Translations under genes and position numbers: made by a program
Shown: positions 1-11,713 of the stretch, piece by piece
Layout of the letters: each line of letters begins with the position of its first letter
Numbering within the stretch: the first letter of the stretch is position 1
Source of the DNA: Chiloscyllium plagiosum
Taxonomy: Eukaryota
Direction of reading: 5' to 3'
NCBI RefSeq assembly: GCF_004010195.1
Contig: NC_057718.1
Location: forward strand, 53,323,015 to 53,365,031
DNA length: 42,017 nucleotides
Notes under the pieces: model-generated
Seen by the model: the letters and a program-made list of their open reading frames with translations, nothing else
Databases searched by the model: none
What the model was told of the DNA's origin: nothing

Positions 1-265
1 ACCAGCGGGCATAATCTCAGATTAAGGGGTTATGCATTTAAAACAAAGATGAGGAACAATGTCTTCTCTCAGAGGATAATGTATCTGTGGAATTTCTACT
101 GCATAGGGCTGTTGAGGCTATGTCATTCAGTATATTCAAAGCTCAAATGGACTGATTTTTAATCAGAAGGGAATCATGGGTTGGGGGGAAAAGCAGCAAA
201 ATGGAGTTGAAACTTATCAAATCAGCCATTGAATAGGCCAAATAGCCTACTTCTGTTCCTATGTT
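1..265 (+). mobile_element. CR1-clade (HER1-like) LINE 3' end, degraded
   Basis: Translates to GHNLRLRGYAFKTKMRNNVFSQRIMYLWNFL..., the typical CR1 ORF2 C-terminus, followed by a CR1 3' UTR ending gcctacttctgttcctatgtt. Confidence 0.85.
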
Positions 266-317
266 TTGCAATTTTTTATGGTCTTAAACATCCTTTGGAA
301 AGGATTATGTTCAGGAT

Positions 318-555
318 CTGTGGCTCAGCAGTTGGCACTACTGTCTCACAGCACCAGAGTCCCAGGTTCAATTCTAGCCTCAGGTGACTATCTGTGTGGA
401 GTTTACACATTCTCCCTGTGTCTGTGTGGGTTTCCTCCTGCAGGCCAGGTGAATTGGCCATGCTAAATTATCCACAGTGTTAGGTGCATTAGTCAGAGGG
501 AAAAATGGGCCTGGGTGGGTTACTCTATGGAGGGCCTGTTCCCACACTAATCTAA
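318..555 (+). mobile_element. HE1-type V-SINE (tRNA-derived), internally deleted
   Basis: A-box-like gtggctcagcagttgg, B-box ggttcaattc, V-domain tgtgtggagtttacacattctccc and tail gggcctgttcccacac; aligns to the copy at 8583-8869. Confidence 0.9.
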
Positions 556-1299
556 AATTATCATCTTCCTTTCTTGCTCACACACGTTACTTGACGGACT
601 AAAAACAGAGTGCATGTGGTTATGCACATGAACAAAATCATGTCTTCTTATGGGGTGAATTCCAATCCATTTAAAATGGAAGCACATTGATATTTTCAAT
701 CAAGACGTCTTTTTCTGCAGCTTTCAAAACACTTAGTCAGACAGACATGAGGGATACAGTTTTCATCACAGTGAAGAGCTTTACCATTGTGGTGAAAATA
801 ATGGGAACACCTGAATATTATAAGCCCGCTTTTTTGCAGCAATGGAAATGCAGGTAGTGTGCACTTTGCACACATTCATTTTAGGTAGGTACCTGATCAT
901 TTTAATCATCACTTGCCTCCACTATACTGGTAACTTGACACCTTGGAGTGTGCAATCTAAAGTGTGCAGATTAGACCTGGTAAAAGCACAACTGTATTTT
1001 GTGGATTCATTTGGACAGCCAGGATGATCCTTTGGATCGGTTGCTGGGACACATAAAGAGGAGGGAAGTTGCCTTTTGGTAAGGGCTAAGACCTTTGGAG
1101 GAAAGTCAGGTGCTCTTTAGGAAAAGCAAAATGCTCTTTTGGATAAAAGTGGGCATTGATCTGTGTAAACAGCATGCAAACTCATTCCTGTCAATCTTAT
1201 TGGAGCTATCAACACAGCTGTCAAAAGTAACTATTAATAATAATATCTGAATAAAATATCTGAACTGTTAAAAACAATTGTTTGCCTCCATCTAGGCAT

Positions 1300-1472
1300 G
1301 TGGATAACATTCTATCACATTCTTGCCCTGTGCCTAGTGGGTGGTGAATAAACATTGGAGACAGGAAGTGAGTTACTTGTCATGGAATTCCGAACCAATG
1401 ATTTTCTCTTGTAGCCACTATATTTTCATAGCTCACACAGTTTATTTTACATGTTAACGGTAACCTCCAAGA
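1300..1472 (-). mobile_element. Old CR1/L2-type LINE fragment (same family as 21310-22715)
   Basis: Similar to 21800-21920 (aggaagtgagttacttgtcatggaattcc ... taacggtaacctccaag). Confidence 0.55.
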
Positions 1473-1527
1473 CTTTTCACTGTACTTCAGTACATGTGAT
1501 AACAATAAATCAAATCAAACCAAATCC
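1473..1527 (+). mobile_element. Rex1/Babar-like LINE extreme 3' tail
   Basis: ttttcactgt...acatgtgataacaataaa followed by (aaatc)n, matching the tails at 12740-12792 and 17001-17055. Confidence 0.65.
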
Positions 1528-1899
1528 TCGATTTGAAGATGGGATTTCATTTACAGAAGGCCTGTGCAGTGAATACTCCTACCAAAATGGTCATGAACAG
1601 ATACATGTGTCACTGCAACTTCACAATGTCTGTGCCTTCCATCTATTGTACAATGGGCAAACACATCTGCTACAGGCCAAGATTACAAATAGAATCAAGT
1701 TTTTTGACCTCTGTGAACTTGACCCCAGTTCTCATGCTCTGTTTTACATGTTACTCATGTCACTCTACTCTATCACTCCACCTCTGCCATCAATCCTCAG
1801 GCCTTTAACATGGTCTCTTACTGCTGGCAGTCATTAAGACCTGAATCAACCAGAATTTCCTCCAGCTTGCTAATGGCAGAGCCAAAGCCACATTTTCCA

Positions 1900-2330
1900 T
1901 TTCTTAACAGCAGTTTTGTGTTTCTTGCTCTGTGCCCCACCTCAAGCTAAACCTAGAGTTATGAATCCTTGGCATGATGCTTAATCCCAGACTGAGTTTC
2001 TTTCCCATATTCATTCCAATACCAAGTCTGCTTTTTTTTCTCTCTCTGTCTTTGCAGCAACCCCACCTTCCTTAACCAATTTCAATTCCTTAATTTGTTT
2101 TATATTTTTCTGTTTGTCTAAACTCTCACTATCGCACTTCTATCACCCATCACAAATGGCAACTCATTCAAAATGCTCGACATATATTCTGATCCTCGCT
2201 AAGCTGGATTGGTTAATTCTGCTTCTATGATTTTATATCAAGATCCCAGTGTTCTGTCACAAATCCCTCCATAGCTTCAGCCTCCACCCCCAACTCCATG
2301 ATTTTCTCAGTACATATGGCCCTACATCCA
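1900..2330 (+). mobile_element. Ancient L2-like LINE ORF2 3' remnant
   Basis: Degenerate LGMMLNPRLSF...HSNTKSA and QLIQNA segments resemble the L2 RT C-terminal region. Confidence 0.45.
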
Positions 2331-2347
2331 CACTTTATTTCCAGAGA

Positions 2348-2447
2348 ATTCCCTCATTCCTTATGAAGGGCCTGTGCCCGAAATGTTGATTATCCTGCTC
2401 CTCTGATGCTGCCTGACCTGCTGTGCTTTTCCAGCACCACGCTCTCG
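2348..2447 (+). mobile_element. Penelope-like element (PLE) terminal-repeat fragment with decayed hammerhead motif
   Basis: ccttatgaagggcctgtgcccgaaatgttg...gatgctgcctgacctgctgtgc; imperfect flanking direct repeat actttatttccagag / actttattcccaaag. Confidence 0.75.
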
Positions 2448-2509
2448 ACTTTATTCCCAAAGACACTATCACTTCCAAATTCTTGAATCTCCCCAAAGAC
2501 AGACTTGAA

Positions 2510-2670
2510 CATTCATTGCTAGGTCAAAAACTGATGGTTAACCTGACTGTAGGAATAACATCACCACAAGTACTGAAACAGATCAAAGAGCAGTTCATCA
2601 TCATGTTCTCAGGGCAATTGAAGATGGACATCATAGTGGTCTCACCAGTGCCGCCCACTTGCTGATAATT
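2510..2670 (+). mobile_element. Old CR1/L2-type LINE 3' tail
   Basis: Similar to 9150-9320 (ttgctaggtcaaaa...gggcaattgaagatgg). Confidence 0.55.
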
Positions 2671-3358
2671 GAAAGGAAAGTGAACCAAATCCTCAGATGA
2701 AAAATGGACAACTTCTCAGTCTGGCCCAATGATTAGTGAAGTAAAACTAATGTATAACATGTTGTGTTAAATAGCTGAACATTAAACAAATTAACATTGA
2801 AATAAAATCACAGGCTGGTTGTAATCAATTGACTGCAGTTTCCAGCAAGCAATGTAGTTGAGAGCAGTGTTTTTCATCCTATGAAATTTTCAAGTTGATA
2901 ATAGCAATAAAAATAATGAAATAAAACAAAAGAAACCCTGTAGTCCGGAAAATTAAATTAGAGCATTTGTGTTTCTCCGACAGAGAAGCGAGTTCCATTG
3001 TATGTGGATACCTGAGGTAATATTGCTTCAAGTATTCCAATATCGTATAAGGAAAATTTCTACTCTCAACTGGAAAAACACCAGAAAACATTACTATTTC
3101 CATTAAAGCACAAGACATTTTTAATTTGCAATGGGAGGTACTAACATTTTAAATGGTAAATAATTAAACTCTGCATTCAAATGGAGAAAAAAAAGTCAGT
3201 TCTGCAACATAATGACAATGATTATCATGTGTCAACCTGGTTGCCTGTCTTTAGTTTATTTTAACCTTTTAAGCAAATAAGAATTGGCTTAATGACATTA
3301 CTCCCAATGCTAAATGTCTGTTACTCTGCTTAAAAATGTAAGTCAGTTTAAATATACA

Positions 3359-3787
3359 CCACACCGCCCTGTGGCCTAACATTTCAACTCCCCCAGGTAA
3401 AACCTGATGAAGGGCTTTTGCCCGAAACGTCGATTTTACTGCTCCTCGGATGCGGCCTGAACTGCTGTGCTCTTCCAGCACAACTAACCCTTTTCAACTC
3501 CCCCTCCCACTCTGCCGAGGACATGGAGCTCCTGGGCCTCCTTCACCGCCGCTCCCTCACCACCAGACACCTGGAGGAAGAACGCCTCATCTTCCACCTC
3601 GGAACACTTCACTCCTCTCACTTATCTCTCCACCCTTCAGGCTCTCTGCCTGTATTCCTGATAAAGGGCTTTTGCCCGAAACGCCGATTTTACTGCTGCT
3701 TGGATGCTGCCTGAACTGTTGTGCTCTTCCAGCACCACTAATCGAGAATCTGGTTTCCAGCATCTGCAGCCATTGTTTTTACCTACC
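3359..3787 (+). mobile_element. Penelope-like retroelement remnant: GIY-YIG C-terminal coding fragment with two tandem pseudo-LTR copies
   Basis: Encodes PVA*HFNSP / FNSPSHSAEDMELLGLLHRRSLTTRHLEEERLIFHLGTL (PLE GIY-YIG C-terminus); direct repeats at ~3403-3487 and ~3657-3741; 11-bp TSD ttaaatataca at 3348-3358 and 3788-3798. Confidence 0.9.
3396..3440 (+). ncRNA. Minimal (dimer-type) hammerhead ribozyme motif, intact core
   Basis: CUGAUGA (3404-3410), A, stem II GGGC/UUUU/GCCC, GAA, palindromic ACGU, C17 at 3431; helix I GGUAAAAC / G(A)UUUUACU. Confidence 0.7.
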
Positions 3788-3906
3788 TTAAATATACAAG
3801 TGTCCTTTTTTCAACTTGTAAGTCTCAAATCAAAATCGCTTCTTACACTAATATAAAACTATTCTAAAGAAAATAAAACATTTACAAATGTATTCTGAAA
3901 AATTAA

Positions 3907-4080
3907 GACCATAAATGACCATAAAACACAGGAGCTGAAGTGCGCCATTTAGCCATTGACTTTGCTCAAACATATAATGAGATTATGGCTGATCTGATCA
4001 TCTTTAGCTCCGCCTTGTTCCGATAACTTTGATTCCTTTGCTCATTAAAAATGCATCTACCTCTGCCTTGTATTATATTA
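3907..4080 (-). mobile_element. CR1 LINE 3' end
   Basis: gaccataa repeats then aggagctgaagt...gccatt...ataatgagattatggctgatctgat, the reverse complement of a shark CR1 3' UTR. Confidence 0.75.
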
Positions 4081-5375
4081 ACAGCAAATTGTTGATAAAA
4101 GGTCAACAAAGTACAATTTGTTCTCCTTTCTCCCCATCTTTCTTCAAGTTACTTGTTTTGATGTTTGACCAGCTGCGAGATGCTCTTCTTCCAGAAGCAA
4201 ATGAGATTTCTTTTTAATCTTTTTGAATCTAAATAACACCAAAGAGCATTTTTATGGAACTCCTCAACCACGAAGTGATGTCTCAAAGTGTTTTACAGGA
4301 TAGTGGAAACCAGTGAATACAGAATAGGAGAAAAGTCTGCAACAGCTGGACAGAAATAAAAGACAACATGGGAACATATTTTGGATTAGTCTGAAAAAGA
4401 GAAGAAGGCATTAACACATTTAAGGAAACACTGCAGTTGTGCAAAGGGAACTGGAAACTGATGCTGTTATCCTTCTCAGAGACAGATGTTGTAGGAAACA
4501 AGGGCACTGACCAAGTAAACTTGGTTATTTGTTGCACAATATTGTGCTGATGGTACACACTTTAGCCATGATGCATTGGTTTCAATAGAGTCAATCAAAG
4601 TAAAAGGCCGTTTCCACATTTGCTATTGAGCCACTAATTGGTTTGAATGTTAAAATTCAGCTCTGTATTTTAAAGTATTTACATTAAAGGTTAATAACAA
4701 TTGACAAAACTCTAGATTATCAATTAGACTCTTCTCATATTGACCACCTTAATCACAAGCCATCACAATGAGTCATGAAGCATAGCCCCAAGTATACTAA
4801 GGAAGCAATGAATGTGATTCAAGATAGCATATTGTCACTGTTTCTCTCCGTCAAGTACATTTACAACACAACTACTCCCTGTGCACTTTAATTTACACAG
4901 ACACAGGTTTGGCAGGTTAGCTATCTACATGTGCTTCAAACCTTCAATTTCCCTATTTGCCTGCAGGACAAAAATTACAGAATGGGGTGAGCTTTTCAAC
5001 ATTTTAAATCTAAGTGGCGCGAATAAGCCATGTGAGGCTCCCAAAAACATAGAGGAAGTGGGCTAAAGGGAAACCAGAGACAGCACTAAAGCTTCAGATT
5101 TTTACCATTCATGTATTTTTATTCTTTGTTCATTTGTGCACTCATTAATTTCTTGCAACAAAACAAGTGATATGTCTTAATTAAACATTATTTTTGTAAG
5201 GGTATATTTCAGCTACTGGCCTAACATTTGTAGCTATTTTATTCCAATTTTATACAAGAAGGAAAAATTCTGATTGCCTTAGTGTCCATGATTCTGGCAC
5301 CTGACAACACTCAGCTAACTCCGTCTCTCTGTAAAACAGAGGTACATCTACCTGAGTTGCATCCCAAAGAACAAG

Positions 5376-5441
5376 TGAAACCAAATGGATCAAATGCCCT
5401 TGACTGCCCCAGTCTTAAGGCATTTGATCCATTTGGTTTCA
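5376..5441. repeat. Perfect 23-bp inverted repeat with 20-nt spacer
   Basis: tgaaaccaaatggatcaaatgcc (5376-5398) and ggcatttgatccatttggtttca (5419-5441). Confidence 0.95.
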
Positions 5442-7119
5442 AGCATCTTGAGGGATAGAATGGAAATATCCATCGCATGGATTTCATTCCTTCATGCTGT
5501 CCAGAGATAGGTCACATATTGTAGAAGTACCCAATAGCAGGTGTATGTTTGAAATAGGCATTGAAAGATCACTGTCACTCGAAGCACTGCATCACTGGTC
5601 TTTCAGAAATGCAACCTAAATGCAACAAAACATGCTTCACATCCTCCCTACCTCATTTGAGAAAAAGCAATCACCATTGGAATACCCACATGATTACCGA
5701 AATCACATCCATCTCGTCAATCACTGCTCCCTCAGTCCAGACCTCCTGCTTAACTGGAACAGACAGTGGACCATTTAAAATGTACATCAGAATCATATAA
5801 CACACATTGCTTTCAGGGAGTACTGAATGGATTTTACATCATGGATAAACCATTTAATGTCATCAAGCCATCCAGTTGAAGAAGGTCTCACAAAGTTTGA
5901 GGTTATTTTTATCGTGCCGTGAACTGTACCAAAGTTGTACTGGGCCCCACTAATATGCAGTGGCCTGGTATCTACAACTGTCACTTCACCCCCAGCCAGA
6001 CCCATCCTCAGACTAGAATGTCTACTCCAAGACCTACTTTCAGCTGCTACTAGTCAATATTCTAATATGGTCTGCTAGGGGGCCATCCAAATATCAAAAT
6101 TTACCTCAAGCTACCTCCTATGGTTCCAAAGGTCAGAAAATCTAAAAATGATGCACAGATAAGACTTTTTAAACCTGCTCAGCACTTATTTTTAAAATGG
6201 TGTTGCCACTGTAGAGATAAGACAACAATGCGTACAAATGTTATTTACTTATTCTGCATTGTTAGAATAGATACCACCTGTCACATCTTGCTGATATACA
6301 GCAATAAATGTAAAGTTGTGCCTGATAATTAAAAAACAACTTTGAGCTAAATGTTGAAAGCTTATTGGAAAGTTTCAAATTCTTGTGAGTGCAAAGCAAC
6401 AGTCCAAAATTTGGTCTTATTTTAGATTATGCTTTCATTTTTCCAGCGATTGGATGATAATGGAAATAATCTTCACTGCAAATAAATAGGATTTGTGTTA
6501 TATTGAACTTTTAACACTCTTAAACCAAACCCAAACCTACCTGCTTCAGCTTATGATAGAGAAGAGAGAGGATGGATGATGAATTCACTCACAGAATTGA
6601 TGTTAACCATTTAATATGCTTTGGAGTTTATGTGTTTCAGATTTGATCTGTCTTCCAAGTAATCCCGACAGTAGAATAGGGGTAAGAATGTTTTGATGGA
6701 AAAGATAAATGCATTTCAAACACTTCCTGCATGACCAAAGGATCAGTAATTCTTGTCCCCAGCCTACCAAGCTTACTTCATTCTTGCTTGCTATTTGTAC
6801 CTCACCTCCAACCAAGCCATTCGACCCCTTTTTGCAAAGACTCCACTGAGACTGGTGATTTGAATCCTACCTCTGCCCTGGATCCAACTTCCCTTGCCAC
6901 CGATGTTGAGGAACAAAGTTGAAGAACGTCCATCAAAACTCTACCCCTCCCTGTTGTAGGTTCTCTCCCTCCCTGCTGTTATGCTGCCACCTCCTCCGGA
7001 GATCCATTGTCAATCGGGCTCACTTTCAACTAGGACAATCTTCTCACATTGCAACAATGAATGAAATCAAAAAAATCAAGTAAGTGTCTTTGAAATGAGA
7101 TCCATTAAAATGCAAGGAA

Positions 7120-7330
7120 TCAGCTTCTTTTAGTAGGAAATTTAATAAAACATCATTAAGTCTTAAAATTGAAGCAAGGTCGTGAAGGAGTGAAATCAGC
7201 AGGGGAATCATGAAGGTAGTGGGAATTTGAAGGTTCCTTCCCCAAAATGCTACACATTATGACTTGATCAACATATTCAAAGCCTGAAATGTTTATATTC
7301 ATTTTGGTAAATGTATCAAGTAACTTCTAT
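7120..7330 (+). mobile_element. Highly degraded CR1 3' fragment
   Basis: Resembles CR1 ORF2 end (cttaaaatt...aggagtgaaatcag...gtagtgggaatttg...ttccttccccaaaa). Confidence 0.45.
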
Positions 7331-7544
7331 CTCTATGGTCCTACAGTTGCATGTATTACAATTCAGAACTCTAACTTCTGCAACTTTTGAAGGCAATTAA
7401 ACCCCATGAAGAAAGAAATGTCCAGTAAGAAAGTTAGGTGACGGTAGCAATTAAAATTCAAAGTATTAAACAAAATTACAATATCATACAGAGCAGCTGA
7501 AAGAAATAACTAAGTTCTGTAAGCAGAAATTCCAAGCAAAACAT

Positions 7545-7690
7545 TAGCAATTGGAGAAAACCTGAGAAGAAATTCTTCAGAGAAATGAAGTGAGTATGAA
7601 ACTCTGATGGATCTGTAAGAATATATCAGTAAGGAGGTGGCAGTCAAGAATCAATTGCAAGATGAGGCCTAAAAGGGAATTAAACATTTC
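7545..7690 (+). mobile_element. Highly degraded CR1 3' fragment
   Basis: LRRNSS/RNFF-like gagaagaaattcttcagaga ... aaaagggaattaaacat. Confidence 0.4.
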
Positions 7691-8459
7691 ACAAACCAAG
7701 TTAATTCATTGCACTAATTATCTTATTCCTGTGATGCACCACCAACTCCAGGAATTCATTTTAGTCTTTGTTGTTGATCAATTTGAATATACATCTTGTT
7801 ACAGCCCAGAATCAAACCAAAGTCAATTGGTGCGAAGTGAGCTATACTTACCACAATAACACTATCACAGTCAGAAATTCATTTTAATTCTTCGTTGTTT
7901 ATACTTCTCCATGCACAGATACTACTGTTCTTGTTCTTAATTACAAAACATCGCTATAAAGTTGGTATTTCTGTAAAGAATTGCGGCTATGATATAGCAT
8001 TGATCAGGGATGCGTGAGTTTCTGGGCAGTTATATTTAAAATGAACTACAATCAGCAACTGTTTAATATTCATCTATATGTAGAAAGTATTAATAAATTA
8101 CTGTCAAATGTTAATTCATAAGGCAGTAGATCTAAGTATAGCCAGTTGAATGTTCCAATTATTTAACATACACATCAGATGCATCTCTAAGCAACAGATA
8201 CCTGCATATTAAAATAGAATTCAATTACAACCTATTCATGTTATTAACTTTAACCTGAATCCTGATTAAACAATTATTTTAAATGTTGCCATTCAAAAGT
8301 TATGAATTATATTCTAGATGGGTTTATCAATGTAGACTCAGTTCTCATAGTTTAACATTTTTCACAGGCTATTTTGAACTGCAGTTAAAAAGAACCTAAC
8401 AACAAATTTATCCAGAAGTTGTGTTGGACCAATCATGTAAATACTGTGTCTACAAAGCA

Positions 8460-9325
8460 TGTCATAGGCTGGGAATTCTGCAGTGAATGACCCTCTTCCT
8501 ATCTCCCAAAAGATTATCCACTATTTACAAGGCATTACTCAGACATGTGATAGAATGCAATCACTTACCTGGAAGGGTGCAGCACAGTGCTGCCTCACCA
8601 GCGCCAGAGACCCGGGTTCAATTCCCACCTCAGGCGACTGACTGTGTGGAGTTTGCACGTTCTCCCCGTGTCTGCGTGGGTTTCCTCCGGGTGCTCCGGT
8701 TTCCTCCCACAGTCCAAAGATGTGCAGGTCAGGTGAATTGGCCATGCTAAATTGCCCGTAGTGTTAGGTAAGGGGTACATGTAGGGGTATGGGTGGGTTG
8801 CGCTTCGGCGGGGTGGTGTGGACTTGTTGGGCCGAAGGGCCTGTTTCCACACTGTAAGTAATCTAATCTAGCTCCAACATCACTCAAGAAGACCAAGATC
8901 ATTCAGGACACTTGATTGTCACTCCATCCATTCTCTTCAACAATCATAACAAACACTCCCTTCACACTAGTGATGTATATAGGCAGCAGGGTATACCATC
9001 TACAGGGTGCACCGCACCAAGACACCTTTGATAGAATCTTCCAAACCTGTGACTTCTACCATACAAAAAGACAAGGGCAACAGATGCATGGGAACACCAC
9101 AGCTTCCAAGCCTCACATCATCCTGAACTGGAACTATTTTGACATTATTTCATTGTTGTTAGGTCTAAATACTGGAATTCCCATCCTTACAGCACTATGG
9201 ATGTGCCAAAGCCCCAAGGACTAACTGTTCGAGAAGGTGATTCATCACTATCTGTTTAAGGCCAATTAGGGATGGTAAATAAATCATGGCTTAGCTAGCA
9301 ACATTCACACCCCATGAATGAATAG
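8460..9325 (+). mobile_element. Old CR1/L2-type LINE 3' portion, interrupted by an HE1 SINE
   Basis: LSPKRLSTIYKA...RHVIEC ORF2 end; sequence resumes after the SINE (agctccaacatcactcaagaag) and ends ggccaattagggatgg...ccccatgaatgaat. Confidence 0.75.
8583..8869 (+). mobile_element. HE1-type V-SINE, young copy
   Basis: B-box gggttcaattcc, intact V-domain gtgtggagtttgcacgttctccccgtgtctgcgtgggtttcctccggg, LINE-derived tail gggcctgtttccacactgta and (taatc)n; CpGs retained. Confidence 0.95.
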
Positions 9326-9399
9326 ATACTAAAATCCATTCATCTAGTACTTTACTTAGAATTCCTCCCTGAAGCAGCTCTATCAAAACTTATTTATCA

Positions 9400-9545
9400 T
9401 ATTGTTCATTCATTTGCCGTGGATCAATGCTTTGCACAAATTAGTTATTGTATTTCCTTACATTACAATACTTACCATGCTACACAGGTCATTAATTAAC
9501 AGTAAAGCATTTTGAAATCATTTGAGGTACTTTACAAATTCAAGT
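9400..9545 (+). mobile_element. DeuSINE (SacSINE1-like) 3' remnant
   Basis: tgcacaaatt...ttccttacattacaa...gtaaagcattttgaa...tgagg tail, similar to 32130-32255. Confidence 0.45.
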
Positions 9546-11079
9546 TCATTCGTTCAATTGAAATAGTAATAGAGGAACATGATAAGACTGGAGGATGAGA
9601 CTTGAATGAAGAACAAGTTAGGGATATCTGAGGCAGACTCTGTTGCAAGACTCTTGCAAGAGATTTAACATCACATTGAAGACTTTGATGAGTTCCGGAA
9701 TGAAATCCCGTGGAACCTTTCCACAGGGAAGAAAGATAATCCTGAAATCCTGTCTCTCTGTCATTTCTCTCTTCCTTATTTTCCTGAGGGTTAATGCCAT
9801 GGATTTCTGGTGGATTGATCCATGCATTTGGCTGCAATTATTTGCCATTGTCTGCCATCAGATGTATTTGCAGGATTTACAAGCTGATAGTCAACCTCGT
9901 TTGTCACATTATGACTGTTCCTCATAAGGCCAACAAGTGTTGGACTCAAGCTTGAAGCATCTGGCTCCAAAATGGGAACATTGTGATGATCATTGCACCA
10001 AATATTTCTGCCCGATTAATATTTCTATTAAATAACTAAAATATATTAAGTTAAAAGATAACTGTAGAAACATTCAATTTGCCAAATGAATGATAAAATA
10101 TTAAAATTATTCATGAATATGTGATTTTAGATTTTAGATTTTAAACTAATCATAACATAGATTTGCTTTATGTTCAATAGTGGTCTATGACTGGAATATC
10201 TATATGGGACTAGAAATAATGTTTCATTTTTTAACACATCTTCTCTGACCAGTATCATCTGAAGGTCAATGTTAACCCACTAAAAGGCATGTGGTTGGCT
10301 TAACATAACATTGTTTGAGGTTTCTTTGTGCTAATTGTGGCTTGATATTACATTGACAAATTACACTGGAGTTGTAATACCTTTCTTTTCAACTCTGTTT
10401 ATATCTCTGTTAGAATTACACAACATTTGTTTAAGTATAGTTTAGTGAAGGGCAGCAGGTAACATAACAAAGATACTTATATTTAGCAACTATAAATGCA
10501 ACTGAAACCATCGGGTAATATGAATTTTAAAGACCTGCATTATATTTTCCAGGTTGCTAAATTGATTTTGCATTGATAATAAAATGTCAGTTGTACCATA
10601 AATATTTCTCCATTGTGACTTTATAGATTTAGTCAACCAGGGGAAGCTGCTGACAGGTCGGTTGCTCTGTCTGAATTTACTACACTGTTGTGAGATCAAT
10701 GTGAATAAAAGTGATATATTGTAAACCTATATCAGTTTCAGACATGAGAATTCCATCATCATTGCATAATCTGTCAATAATGTATTGTCGTACCATGATA
10801 ATGTGGTATTTTCTTTGATTTATTGACCTTGTATTAATATGACAGATAATACTAACAATTAATTATTAAAACAGCAGATTCCAAACTAGTTGACCTTAAG
10901 TACAATTTATTAATGCAAGTGAGAATTGTCAGAACAGCATGTGTTGATGTGCAATGGTTGCTTTCTTAAGTTGAGAGGATTTATAGACATTGTGTTTGAA
11001 GATTTTGTCAGGCAATCAGTCTGGTGGAATAATGAACTATTTCTTTATAAACTATACCAAGTATAGAGAAGATCTCTGG

Positions 11080-11700
11080 GAAGTGCATTTGATAAGATAC
11101 TGCACATAAAACTATTTAAGAACCCATGACATTGGAGGTAATATATCAACATGGAGAGAGCACTGGCTAACTAATAGAAGCCAGGCAGTTAGGACTGGGG
11201 GTATCCTTAGGATCAAAATCTGTACCAAATGGAGTGCCACAGGGATTAGTGCTGAGGCCAAAATTATTTACAACATCTATCAATGGCTTGGATGAAAGAA
11301 GTGAATCCACAATTGCCAAGTTTGCAGGGTACACAAAAATAGGAAGGCAAGTGGTGAGGATGATACAAAGAGTCTGCCAAGGGATATAGGCAGGTTTAAT
11401 GAGTGGGCAAAATGTTGGCTGAGGCATATGTCTAAGATAACAAGGTCATTTATTGCATGACAGCAACAGAAATATAACGTGGGAACATGTGAGGTCATGC
11501 AGTTTGGCAGTACAAATGAAGGAGCTGAATATTATTTAAATGGAAAAGAAAGTTGCAAAAATCCACAGCACAGAGGGATTTGGGGGTTCTGATACATACA
11601 TTTCCAAAAGCTAACATTCATGTTCAGCAGCTATTAGGGAAGGTAAATGGAATGTCAACCTTTCTTTCAAAGGGAATGAAGTATAAAAATAGGGAACTGT
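11080..11700 (+). mobile_element. CR1 LINE reverse-transcriptase fragment (pseudogenised)
   Basis: AFDK, VPNGVPQGLVLRPKLFTTSINGLD, KFAGYTKIG (FADD-equivalent) and QRDLGV motifs. Confidence 0.9.
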
Positions 11701-11713
11701 GGACACTGGAATT

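Noticed and set aside
8487..8852. Recurring short ORFs such as MANSPDLHIFGLWEET / CVEFARSPRVCVGFLR (also at 266, 13243, 26552, 28046)
   Set aside because: Spurious translations of HE1 SINE copies
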